Part shown: positions 38,671 to 50,149 of the stretch, in pieces | Layout: each line of letters begins with the position of its first letter | Position numbering within the stretch: position 1 is the first letter of the stretch | DNA from: Mobula hypostoma | Taxonomy: Eukaryota | NCBI RefSeq assembly: GCF_963921235.1 | Contig: NC_086106.1 | Location: 25,854,001-25,918,000 of the forward strand | Reading direction: 5' to 3' | DNA: 64,000 nucleotides | Notes under the pieces: model-generated | The model's input: only the letters and a program-made list of their open reading frames with translations | Database searches by the model: none | What the model was told of the DNA's origin: nothing | Position numbers and translations under genes: made by a program

Positions 38671-38748
38671 GGGTGACATGGCCGAGTGTTCAAGATGGAC
38701 TAAATTTCCATTGCCTCTACATGCGAGGGTTCAAATCCCACCCTGGTC
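38671..38748 (+). pseudogene. tRNA-Ser-like pseudogene or tRNA-derived SINE head
   Basis: TGGCCGAGTG...ATGGACT...TCCATTG...GGGTTCAAATCCCACCC resembles vertebrate tRNA-Ser (A and B boxes, long variable arm). The anticodon loop and D arm are damaged. Confidence 0.55.
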
Positions 38749-39969
38749 TATTGAAGTCATTTCTGCTTCTGTTTATCGGTGTCGATGCATTGACTTTTTT
38801 TTTTGAATGGAAAGAATGGACGTTTAAATCCGAAATGAAGCCTAAGGGCAACCCCTTTCCTTGCAACTTGGGAAAAAGCACTATTCCCATCTTGAATATC
38901 TCTATTTTCCCCTTTTAGTGTTCCTTTGAAGAGCCCGACCCGCAGTTACATTCTGACTTCAGTTCTTTGCGGAAATGGGGCCCGCTCCCAGGGATCCACA
39001 ACTGGCCGTTATTCGATATCAAGGATGCGGCCTAAGAGATTAGTGGTTCTGGAGACTGGCGAACCGAAGGTCAGTGTCTCTGCAGGAATCCAGTGTGTCG
39101 AGTGCACCGCAGAACGAAAGTAACGAGCTGGCTGCCGGCTGTGTGCCCCTCGACCCTCTATATTTGGGCACAGAGCTCGGAAAACGGACTTTTTACATCG
39201 CAAATCGCCGATGTTTGTTTTGTCTCCCCTCTGAATGTGGAACAGAGACACCTCTTTCTCCCTTATAAGGGAGAGAGCGACCTGTAGTAGGTCGAATACT
39301 GGGTGAACAAATGGTCTTTCGGGTAGTGGAAGTCTGTGTCTCTGCTGATGCTTTGCTGCACGCTTAAGTGCACGGTGGCGGGTGCCGATGCTTTTTACTG
39401 GTGGGGGAGAGAGGATTGTTGATTTGCTGCTGTTTATGCGTTTGACGGAGGAGCTGGGGGTGGTCTTTGGGGTTCTAACATTTAAATGTCGTTCATTCTT
39501 TGGGGGCATTCCTCTGTTTGTCCTGGATGGTTGCGAAGAAAAAGGATTTTAGGATGTATATGGTATCTCTTTCTCTCACATTAATTGTACCTTTGAAGCC
39601 TTTGAAATCTAATCAGTGTTGACAAAAGGAGAAATAGAGACACATGACTTGAAATATTCGGCTAGACTAAAAAGGTCTGAGGGGAGGGGACGTTCAGGCT
39701 TTACATCAGCACGTTCTCCTGAAAATGTCAAAGGGAATTAGCGCGCAAAAAAATAAATTTCATATATTTTATATTTATCAGGATGGCCATTGCTGATCCA
39801 TGGTGATAGGGTTAACGTGATTACGGCCCTCCTTAGATCAATTTATCGTAAAATGCAACTCGTTGAAGTCAACGTGAAAGAGCACAACCTTTTCAAATTA
39901 GCTTGAAGTATTCTATATGCGTTTTGAACAGAAGAGAGCAGCTACGTTACGTTCCACACAGAGATCTTC

Positions 39970-40350
39970 CAATGCACCTGAAGCCACAGTCAGCGTCGTG
40001 GATGTAAGTTCCATCATCAGCAGAGTGAACCCGTGGAAAGTACCTGGACTGGGTGGTGTCTAAGCCACTGTGGTTCGTTGCTGCATAACTCAGCTGGCGG
40101 GGCTACATGCAGAACATTTTCATCTCGTCCCACTTCAATATGAGGCTTCTACCTGGCTTAGAAGATCACTATTAAGTAGCGTGCCTTATTGACCACCGGC
40201 CAGTGACTCTGAATCTCTGAATCCATCATAATTTCGTGATAATGGCACAGATTAACGCCAGCTATCCAGCCAAACTCGACCCACTGCTGTTCACTACTGC
40301 CAAAGCAATTCAACAGTGGACGCCTACTTCCTAGTCTTACATGCATCTAC
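39970..40350 (+). mobile_element. Rex1/Babar-like LINE RT remnant
   Basis: NPWKVPGLGGV (compare NPRKAAGPDGV) and LDPLLF.YCQSNSTVDA (compare LDPLQFAYR.NRS..DA). Confidence 0.55.
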
Positions 40351-40628
40351 AGGTGGACGTTAAGCGAACCCACATTCGCTAGACAGCTGTTATCGATCGC
40401 GCCATGTAAAGTCCCAGTCTGGGTGCGCGTTGTAATCAGGAACAGTTCCTTTAGCTGCGGCGCCCTGTGCTACTGATTGCAGCTCTCTGAAGTAAGGCAG
40501 GAAACCATGGCTGATTTCCGGGTGCGCCCTTCCCACTTTCTGGGCAAAAAGACGCCCTCCACGGAGAGCATTTTGCATTATTCAGGACCGGTTTCTTGTC
40601 CGGACCGCCATCTGCATTCAACTTTATG

Positions 40629-41053
40629 ATACTCATTGCACAAAGATGCATGCTGGATTCTGAAGCATGAGCTTAAACGATCTGCAATTGAGCTGTCTTG
40701 CTGCCTTCCTGAGACTAGCGGTGAATCTCTCTGGGCAAACTGAATGCCGCTCCATTCTTCCTGTGCTATATACCGTCAGCAAATAATTTGGAGGTTTTCC
40801 ACATGCTGGCTCCACCAAAATATAACTGCATCATCGTGTTATGGTTCAGTGTTATAGTCTGTCCTTTTTCAGCCGTTATGTCTGGAGGATCCTGCGTCTC
40901 TGAGTCATTGAACTACTCGTTTCTGCAATAAAGGGCAGAATACATCAACATCGCTGTCATGTATTGAACGCCGGAGAAATTCGCTGGCCACCTTCGCAGA
41001 GACACACCAGGCAGCACAGCCAATTCAAACTCGATTGAACACAGAGAAATCAT
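40629..41053 (-). pseudogene. V pseudogene, family A
   Basis: Leader 41008-41053. Cys23 is lost, with frameshifts and a stop. RSS CATAAAG-22-ACAAGAAAC is dead. CTCF-like motif at 40551-40565. Confidence 0.85.
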
Positions 41054-42412
41054 GATGTCTAATTTCCTGCTGGATCGACCGGCTGACTCCTTCCAGGTCG
41101 TAAATATCACTTAGCAGTTGCTGTTGTGTGGGATCGCTGAAGCGGTACCTTTTACTATGTGTTACACCGTGGACGTTTCCCTGGTTAAAGAATTCGCTAA
41201 CACTAAGAACCGAGCCTTTCTCAGCGCTATTCAGAATCCGCTTTGTTTCCATTCGTCCTTCTGGTTTTTTCTTCTCTCATTTATGGTCCCGCGTCTACAC
41301 CCCGCACTATCCCGTCTCTCCGTATCTCTTTCTCTCTGTCTCACGCTCTCTCTTTCTTAGTGTGCCCAACTGCCTACTCCCCCTGTTCTCTGCATAATCA
41401 CAGCATATTCACGTATTTCTCGATGTGTAATCGAAATCAGTTATGAATGTTCACGTGGTCGCTTCGTCGTATTCGTCAATATTACGCCGGAAGTATTTAT
41501 TTATTTGTTTATTTATTTAGTTATTTAGAGTTATATCCACAATTGTCCCTTAAATCAACATTTATCAGTCTTCCAGCATTGAACTAGTTATTCAATGTCA
41601 GCAAGTGTTCATCTGGTTCTTCCCTAGTCTTTGTTTGCCGTTAGGGAGCCAATCTCCTATCCACGCTAATAGACTCCTCACAGCAACCTTTATGCAGCCA
41701 GCACTCCTTTCGTTAAAAAAAAACTCACGTCTGGCAGTCCCGGAATCTTTGTTTTCTGTTAGGGAACAAAAGACTGAACATTCTACAAAAGAAGGACAAA
41801 ATGACTGAACATCCATTTCTCCTGCTGCACCCGCAAGACACACACTGTATAAATCATCAATGTAGATTTTAGCTGGTGGTGGTATAATCGTTTAGTAAAA
41901 AGGTCAGTCCACTTGGGATTCATTTTCAATGCGAAAGATGAACATCTATTTATCTCCACTTTGAAGAAGCTAATGTTAATAGACGCCGCATGAAATTTAT
42001 CTTCATCTAAGCATTTAGTGTTACAGCTAATAGGATGCTGTCTGGTCATATACACCCTCAGTATTTCCAGATTGCACTCATCTTCACTGCTAATCCCTCA
42101 AGGTGGTGCAAAATGAAGTCCACAAAAAAAAATAGCCACAAGATATTGTTATAGGCAATAAAGAGAGAGATGGTCACCGAGATGTAGTGGAAATGTTCCG
42201 GAAAACCGCCACGATATGTCTAGGTAAAGCTAAATTTAAGAAGTGTTCCACAAAGTTGGGCGCATTTTGCTGCTGAAAGCCGCGTTTTAAGTTGACCACG
42301 TGATCCTCATGCTCTGCGCGTGCAGCTGTTCCCGTTTCCCAGCAAAAGTCCCCCTCTAGTGATCACACAAGGCTGGATGTTCCCGTAACCGCTGTCGCAC
42401 TGCAACACTGAG

Positions 42413-42790
42413 TCCGGGACAAGAATTCCAGAGATATTTAAATGAGCTTATTCTGCTTTTGTGCACATCAACTGGAAACCTCGTCGAATATTCTGGAGCC
42501 CGCTCTAGTTTTCCTGAGCCATATAGTTTCAGCAGTATTTTTACGAAATTTTCCGCAGTGTTGAGTATATCAAAACTATTTTCATCAGTACGTGTATAAT
42601 TTCAGTGTTATGATCTGATTTTCCTCGGCCATTAATTTAGGAGCATCCTAGATCATTCAATTTTCCCTCTCGTTACTGTAATGAATGGCAGGATGCAGTA
42701 ATATCCCTGACTTGCACTGAGATAACGTGGCATTCTCTGGCTGTGTATGCTGGATGACGAATGTAATCACTGATAAACGGAGGGAACACA
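42413..42790 (-). pseudogene. V pseudogene, family B, with the YxC end deleted
   Basis: ...LVPD joins directly to the heptamer CTCAGTG (42406-42412). CTCF-like TCACTAGAGGGGGAC at 42348-42362. Confidence 0.8.
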
Positions 42791-42995
42791 TACTCCCTGG
42801 CTTCAGCCTCGACAGAAAGGCAACTTACTTCTGACAATTTATCACTATGGCAAGTATTGAAGAGTAAAACTGTATCAAAATAGACTTCACGGTGCCCTGC
42901 TCAACGATGGCAGATAAAACAAACTGAGACTACATGAGGACGAATCAGAATCCGCTTTCTTTGAATTCCCATTTTTGCCTTTTTCCCGACAATAT

Positions 42996-43033
<38 letters not shown>

Positions 43034-43370
43034 CTACCAGCTCACTCTCGCTTACATTGCGATTCTGCCCTGCTCTCTCGCTTCTTACACCATGTGACAC
43101 CATGCGAAGCAACGTATTATTGATTCATTCGCAAAATTTTGACTTGCAGTTGTTTCTGTTATCTAAAATCATCAGCCTTTTAAGTCATTGACGAATTCCT
43201 TTCAATCTTTCAGCATTCCGCTGGATATTCTTTGTCAATAGCACGCCAAATATTTATTGCCGTGGAGCAGCTGGGCTTGGATGCTGAGGGGATACCAAAG
43301 GCTTCCGTTAGAGCAAGAAAACACTGCGAGCACTGTGGTGTCCGGATCCTGTATCGCTGTGGAAATTTGA

Positions 43371-43780
43371 GTGCTGATCTGCGAACGCTATTCAGTGGTA
43401 TCCGACACAACGCTCCCAAAGATATTTAAGCCTTTGTTGCCCAGAGACCAGAAAAACTAAACGGACTGTCCTCGAGTAGACCAAAATCTCCAATCTTGAA
43501 TACTTTCATCGGTTTTCCAGAATATTCAACGCTCAACATATAGGCTCTGCCAGATACCAAGCCACTGCAACTCAGTGACATGGTCTGCCCTTCCACGTTC
43601 ATTAAATCCCTCCTATAGGTACACAAAATCTGCCCCACTTCTCCCTGTCAGAAGCCTCGAATGTGTGAGGGGCGCCGGAACGCAGTGACCCTGCAGGACA
43701 CATTCTGACTGATTAGAAAGATTCAACAGACAAAGTAGTCGATACAGAGAAATTCCAAGGGGTGCTTGTAGCGGGAACAT
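43371..43780 (-). pseudogene. Degenerate V pseudogene, family C
   Basis: MFPLQAPLGISLYRLLCLL leader, VEGQTMSLSCSGL..AYMLSVEY and VVSDTTE*. Paralog of 28783-29185. Confidence 0.6.
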
Positions 43781-44022
43781 GGTACATTGCATAATGTAAA
43801 CAAAGGTTGATTTCTCCAATAAAAGAGAAGTAATTCAAGTAAAGGTAAGCAGAAAGTTTCCGAGAGATTCTGCGCTTCCGTTTCGAAGAATATACAGATT
43901 TTATTTCTAAATTAGGGCACTATAGCAATCCTAAAACTGCAGTGGAGTAACTCGACTCACCCCCGCCCCACCCACCCCGCCATGCATTTTGCCTCCGCCT
44001 CTCTCCGTCATGCTCCTGTTCG

Positions 44023-44209
44023 TGCATCAACATAGCTGGCTTGTATTGAACGCCGGGGAAATTCGCTGGCCAACTTCGCAGGCTCCCCAGGCAGCACAGC
44101 TAATGCAATCAGTCTAAAACAGAGATTAGATTAGATTCAACTTTATTGTCATTGTGCCGATTACAGATACAAAGCCAATGAAATGCATTTATTAAGTGAG
44201 GGAAAGCAT
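44023..44209 (-). pseudogene. Orphan family A leader and intron; V exon deleted, leader disrupted by a roughly 70-bp insertion
   Basis: ATG CTT TCC CTC [insert 44125-44195] TGT TTT AGA CTG ATT GCA TTA GCT GTG CTG CCT G. Donor mutated GT to GG. Confidence 0.78.
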
Positions 44210-46501
44210 GGTGTCTAATCTTTGTCTCGATCGAACGGCAGATTTATTCCAGGACGTAATTAACAATCAATAGATATTGTAGTGTGAGATCGTTTCAGCA
44301 CTACCTTCACTGACTGGAAGAACCGAAACTTTTCCGAGAACCGAACAGAATCAGCTTCGTTTCCATTCGTCATTGTGCTCGTTTCTCCGTTCGTTCAAGG
44401 GCTCATGAACACCACCCCACCCATCTCTCTCTCTCTCGATGCCAATGGGAGAGATGGAGATATTACTGCCGATTCCCAGCTGGGAATACCGGTATAAAAA
44501 GAATGCTTCATACTGACTGTAACATCGAAATAGTGACTGCTGATTCCTCTCTCGCTTTTGAACGAGCCATATCAGTCTTTCATTTATTAGTGAGAGAGAG
44601 AGAATGCCTGTAATACGATGAAATGTTGCAGTAAACAGCTACCTTTTGTTGTACTGTAGACCAAGCTCCTCTTTGTGTTTGCGGTTGTTTTGATGGTGGT
44701 TGGTAGTGGAAATGTTGATACTATATGCTAGAATAAGTGAGAGATGCAGAAGCTGGTCAGGTTAATTCTGCTTGCCGCTGATTGAGCGACTGATATGGCA
44801 GGGGACTTTTTAGGTTCTTATCTTTTTTCTGATATTGATGCTTGTGTTATTGTTCTTTTTTAAGGATGTCTGTGGAGACTGTAAATTTCAGGTTGTGTAT
44901 TTTGTACCTCTCTGATTTTAAGCGTAACTATTGAAACAAGCTGGGCATTATTTTCGCTGTACCCGGGTACAACTGACAACAACAGATATATAATATACAT
45001 AAACCAGTTTGATGTAACTGTGAGCGTCTGCAAAGTGAAGGAATATATCAGGCTGTCCTTCATTAGTTCACAGAACATGGGTTGAGCAGGAAAGTGGCGG
45101 GGTTGGTGGCTGCAGAGCGCCTATCATGACACCCTGGCGATATCTGGTGTCATGTCCCAGAGATTCGGTTCAATTCTGACCTTTCGATGCTGTCAGCGGA
45201 TACTTACGTGCTTAGTTTCCACGATTCCCGAGTTGCTGTATTTTCCACTGCCCGAAAAAGGCGCTCTGGGTTGCACGTGCTCGTGATCGGGGATCAGTGA
45301 ATATACCTATTAAGAGGAATTTGCGAAATTGGACAGATAAATCAGTTGACGATAAGACCATTAGATATAGGAACTGAAGTAGGCCATTTGGCTTGTCGTG
45401 TCAGCTCCGCCATTTCAGAGGAGACGATGTCGTGATGGAAATATTTGATACACTAAACATATAATTAAAATCAGATTTTCAAAAAGACGAAATATACCTT
45501 TGGAAACAGATGCCATCAGTTTGTGCTCCTTCGACTGTAACCGGACGTTCTCACTGTTTGTCTCTTCCATCGGTGGGAAAACACAAATTTCTCAAACCAA
45601 GTTCCCACGAAACAAGAATAGACTATTCCCATTTGCAAGAGTATTAAACTGTAGCATGAATCATAATCTTGGTATGACCTATCTCTTTACTTCTTGCCTG
45701 TGCTGCATTTTGAGACGTCTGTTACAGTTTAGTTTTGTATCCTTTTATTGTTTTACTTTGTACTATCTCGATCAGCTGTGTCGTGAATTCATCTGAATAA
45801 GCAGAATCAATGCAATAATGCAACAATAATTTTAAAAAAATGTTTTCAATTTAGGTATGTAGCAAAATGCTACAAGTGGTGATAACATCAGATCCGTTAA
45901 ATCTGGTTGGGAAACCAGATTATACAAGCAATCAATCTGTTGTGATCCCATTCCCGCTCTCTTCCTTCGTTCGCTTTTATACTGAAAATGCCTTCAAAAA
46001 TATGAATCTCGGGGTAGTATGCGGTCAGGTATATATACTTTAATCATAAATTTAATTCAAACATTGAACCTTTTTCTCACAGCTTGGAAACGCAACGACC
46101 AAAATAGTATTTGCATTCTCCAATACGCGAAGCATCCGTACGTTCTGTCGAATTATCTAAATGCTCAGTATAAATCATAAGTACCTGCTGCAACATCCTT
46201 AATTTCAGTAGCATGTCACTTGCAATTATTTGTCAATTCAAGAACGACCAATTTTCACACCATCTGCTTTCCTTTAGTCAACCATAGTGCCATTTAAATA
46301 TATCCCGGTTCCACTGCGTCCTCATTATTTCACACTGAAGATACTTGAACACAGGGGCTAAAGACGATTTCAAACAAGGCTGTCAAGCGTGATATGCCGT
46401 CGCAGCAAAAGATGGTGGGTGATTGCACATTGCCGTATCCCAGAAAGTTATAAAGCTCAGTTTCTGTCCGCGTTGTAATCAGGAACTGCTCCTTCAGCTT
46501 C

Positions 46502-46608
46502 GGCGCCTTCTGCTGCTGAATGCAGTGGTCTGAAGTAGGGCACGTGACTGTGACTGATTTCCGGGCGCGCCCTCTGCAGATTCCTCGGAAAAAGGCGCCC
46601 TCCAGTGA
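46502..46608 (-). promoter_or_regulatory. Cluster of three co-oriented CTCF-like motifs downstream of the RSS
   Basis: Minus strand TCACTGGAGGGCGCC (46594-46608), TCTGCAGAGGGCGC (46567-46580) and GCAGCAGAAGGCGCC (46502-46516). Confidence 0.55.
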
Positions 46609-46632
46609 GAGCTTTTTGCAATATACAGAACC

Positions 46633-46671
46633 AGTTTTTGCACGGACCCGCCGGCCCCATATAACAGTGTG
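46633..46671 (-). other. 23-RSS (CACACTG-23-GCAAAAACT)
   Basis: CAC intact, exact 23-bp spacer, A-tract nonamer. Confidence 0.9.
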
Positions 46672-47094
46672 GTACCCATTGCACAGAGATACATGGCAGA
46701 GTCCGACACAAGAGCTTCACGGATATTCAATTGAGACGTCTTGCTGCCTTTCTGTGAAGTACCGGTAATCCTCTCTGAATACCGCTGCGTTTCTCCTGTG
46801 CTATATAACTTCAGCAGATAATTTGGAGGTCGTCCAGTATGTTGAATGTACCAAAAGATATATGTACTAGCATCGGTGTAACTACAGTTCAGTGTTATAT
46901 TCTGTCCTTCGTCAGTCGTTACATCGGGAGGATCCTGCGTCACTGAATATTGCCCACTCGTTCCTGCAAGAAAGGACAGAACACATCAACAACGCTGGCT
47001 TGTATCGAATGCCGGGCAAACTCGCTAGCCAGCTTCGCTGAGACTCACCAGGCAGCAGAGCCAGTGCAATCAGCAATGAACAGAGGGAAATCAT
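46672..47094 (-). CDS. TCR alpha/delta-like V gene, family A, apparently intact (leader 47049-47094, 85-bp intron, V exon 46672-46963)
   Basis: MISLCSLLIALALLP-GTSGQYSVTQDPPDVTTDEGQNITLNCSYTDASTYIFWYIQHTGRPPNYLLKLYSTGETQRYSERITGTSQKGSKTSQLNIREALVSDSAMYLCAMGT. Confidence 0.88.
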
Positions 47095-47343
47095 GCTGTC
47101 TAATTTCTGGCTGAATCGAACGGCAGATTCCTTCCAGGGCGTTATTATCACAACAGATATTGTGGTAGTAGATTGTTTCAGCGATATATTTCACCTTGTG
47201 TAAAACCGGAGGTGTTGCTCTGGTTAAAAGATTGGCTGACAGAAAGAACCGAACCTTCCTGAGCACCAATCAGAAGCTGCTTTGTATCCAACGTCATTCT
47301 GCTTGTTTCTTCGCTCTTACAATGTCCGGTGTTCATCCCCCAA

Positions 47344-47396
<53 letters not shown>

Positions 47397-47749
47397 TCTG
47401 CTTAATCACAACATATTCACATACCTATCAATGCTGAATAAACATAAGCAAGACTTTTCACGAGTTCGCTCAAAATTAACAATATCCCGCTGGAAGTAGT
47501 TGATTACTGTATTTGTTTTGTTGGTTAGTCATTTGAAGATATATCCTACAGTAGATCCTTAAATCAATATGTTTCAATCTTCCTGCATTGAACTACTTAT
47601 TCAAAGGTCATCAATAGTTGATCTAGATATTTCCTAATCTTTGTTTGCTGCGAGGGTGCCAATTTCTTATCTACGTCAATAGACTCCCGGCAGCACTTTC
47701 TGTGTAGCGATCCACCCTCTGGTCAAAGCGCTAGTTATCCACTTTATTT

Positions 47750-47751
47750 AT

Positions 47752-47820
<69 letters not shown>
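47750..47820. repeat. (CT)n microsatellite; similar tracts at about 5270, 6480, 20180, 20810, 25010, 28170, 34730, 42990 and 47345
   Basis: Read directly from the sequence. Confidence 0.95.
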
Positions 47821-47822
<2 letters not shown>

Positions 47823-48324
47823 ACATCTTTTTACAAGCTGCCAGCTTTCTGCAAAAAAAAAAATCAATTGTTCTCCCCTTTTAAGAAGCTAATGTTAATA
47901 GAGTGAACCTGAAATTTATCTTCATCAGAAGGATTTACATGACAGCTTAGCCGATGCTGTCTAGTCACATGCACCCTCAGCATCTCCAGGTTGCACTCAT
48001 CTTCACTGTTAATCGCTCAGGCCAGTCAAAAATTATGTCCAGCCAAATGTGAACCGCACAATGTTGTTATAGGCAGCAGACACACAATATTGTTATGGAC
48101 ACTGAGATATAGTGAAAATGTTTCGGAAAAATACCAGGGTAATCCGAGGTAAAGCAGAATTCAAGAAGTGTTCCTCAAAGTTTGGCGAATGTCGCTGCTA
48201 AATGCAGCATTTTAAGTCGACCACTTGATCCTTATGGTTTCTGTGTGCGGCTGTTCCAGTCTCCCAGCTAAGGCGCCCTCTAGTGATCACGACACCGGAC
48301 CCGCTGTACCCCTGCAGTTCTGTA

Positions 48325-48751
48325 GGGTGCTTTGCACAGTGCTATACACCAGAGTCTGGGACCAGAACTCCAGATATATATAAATGAGTGGACTCTGCCT
48401 CCGTGCATATCAGCTGAAAATCTGGCCGAACATTCTGGAGGTTGCACCAGTGTTCCTGAGCCATATACCTTCAGCATTTATTTTTCGAGATATTCCGCGA
48501 TGCTGAGTGTAAAATACTTGCATTATTTCTTGTGTAATTGCAGTTTTAGTGTTATGAGCTGACTGTCGTCAGCCGTTAATTTGGCAGCATTCTAGATCAC
48601 TGAACTTTTCTCTCTCGTTCTTGCATTAAAGGACAAAATGCACTAATATCCCTGACTTGCACTGAACTCACGTGGGTCTCTCTGGTCATATGTGCAGCGT
48701 CCTGCCTGTCAGGATGACGAATGTAATGAATACGAAACAAAGGGAACACAT
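48325..48751 (-). pseudogene. V pseudogene, family B; close paralog of 5848-6275
   Basis: Leader MCSLCFVFITFVILT-G with GCAGGA donor and acceptor AG mutated to AA. Frameshifts. Same TACAGAA heptamer and nonamer deletion as the 5.8-kb gene. CTCF motif at 48272-48286. Confidence 0.88.
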
Positions 48752-50149
48752 TCTTCTGACTTCCGCCTCGATAGGACGGCAGATATCTTCCAAGAAATTA
48801 TCACTATTGCAGATATTAGGGAGTAAAATCGTATAAAAAATAGATTTCACAGTTCCCTGCTCAAAGATTGGTAGATAAAACGAAGCCTAGGCTCTATGAA
48901 CACGAAAAAGAATCCGATTTCGTTGATTTCCGCCCTCTTCCATTTTCCCCACACTATAAACCATTCTCCCCATCTCTCTCTCCTTTTCCCTCCTCTCTCT
49001 ATCTCTCTCCATCTATTTATTTATCTATCTTTCTCTCTTTCTCGCTCTTTCTCACTGTCTCTCTTTCTCACTCTCTTGCTCTCTCCCCACCTTCTTCTTC
49101 TCTCCCGTTCTCCTTCTGAACATTAATTTCTATTTATCCACCTCTTTTGCTCGCTCCATGCACTCATTCTCGCTTCTTTTGCCTCTGCTCTCTCCCTTCT
49201 CACACCATGTCACTCCATGCTAACCAGCATATTCCTGAGTCATTCACCATGTTATAACTTTCTATTGGTCCTGCTATCTATCTTATCAATAGCCTTTTAA
49301 GTTATTGAAGAAATACCTTTCAATCTATCAGCATTCCGCTAGATATTCCTTGTCAATAGCACAACAAATATTTACTCCCTAATATTTTTCCATAAGCGAG
49401 CCGATCTCCTATCCACGGCAATAGACTCAATTGTGAATTTATTTCCTGCAGTTGCCTTCGGCCTCACACCTTAATAGCTCCTTTCTCAGAATGTGAAGAC
49501 CCTGGAAGTCCAGTTCACTGTGTACCATGAAGGAAATCTTATGAAGAGATCAAAGTCGTGACAGTGTATTGTAGACAACAAGGGGAAATTGATATTAAGA
49601 TATCTCCAATATCTTTTAACTTCTTAATTGTACCTACAAATTGAATTCAGGCCTGGATGCCTGCGATCCTGAGAGCTGCTAGGTTAAGGCGAACCAGTGA
49701 CCCTCCTTCGTCTTTGCGTCCATTCTTGATTCGCTCTCTAGTCAGCGCTGTGTACACCAGCTATCGACTGTATTTCCGTGTCGATTATTCCCCTTTAACG
49801 GTGCGTACTGCATGGCAGAATGATACAAAGAAGAGTCTGACGTAAGAGCCTCGGTGATGCATCATTGAACCATCGTCATTCATTTTGCAAAGCAGTGGTA
49901 AACAGCAAAACATCAATTATCGACAAGTTGGGGTGCGGAAAAGAGACAGAGATGATGCGATGAATACAGTCTCATCAGTGTCAGCAAAACAAATAAACTG
50001 TTCCTTGAGTTCAGAAAGGGCGAGGGCGAGAGAACACAACCAATAACTTTTTCAGTTTCAGCATGTAGGCGCCATATCCAAGGAAGCTCAAAAATACCCT
50101 CAAGACCTCAGTAGGCAAAATAAAATTCGCAGGACCCCATTGACCCAAC

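Noticed and set aside
43331-43337. Perfect CACAGTG heptamer (minus strand) near the family C gene
   Set aside because: It overlaps the decayed nonamer position and has no nonamer at 12 or 23 bp, so it is likely chance.
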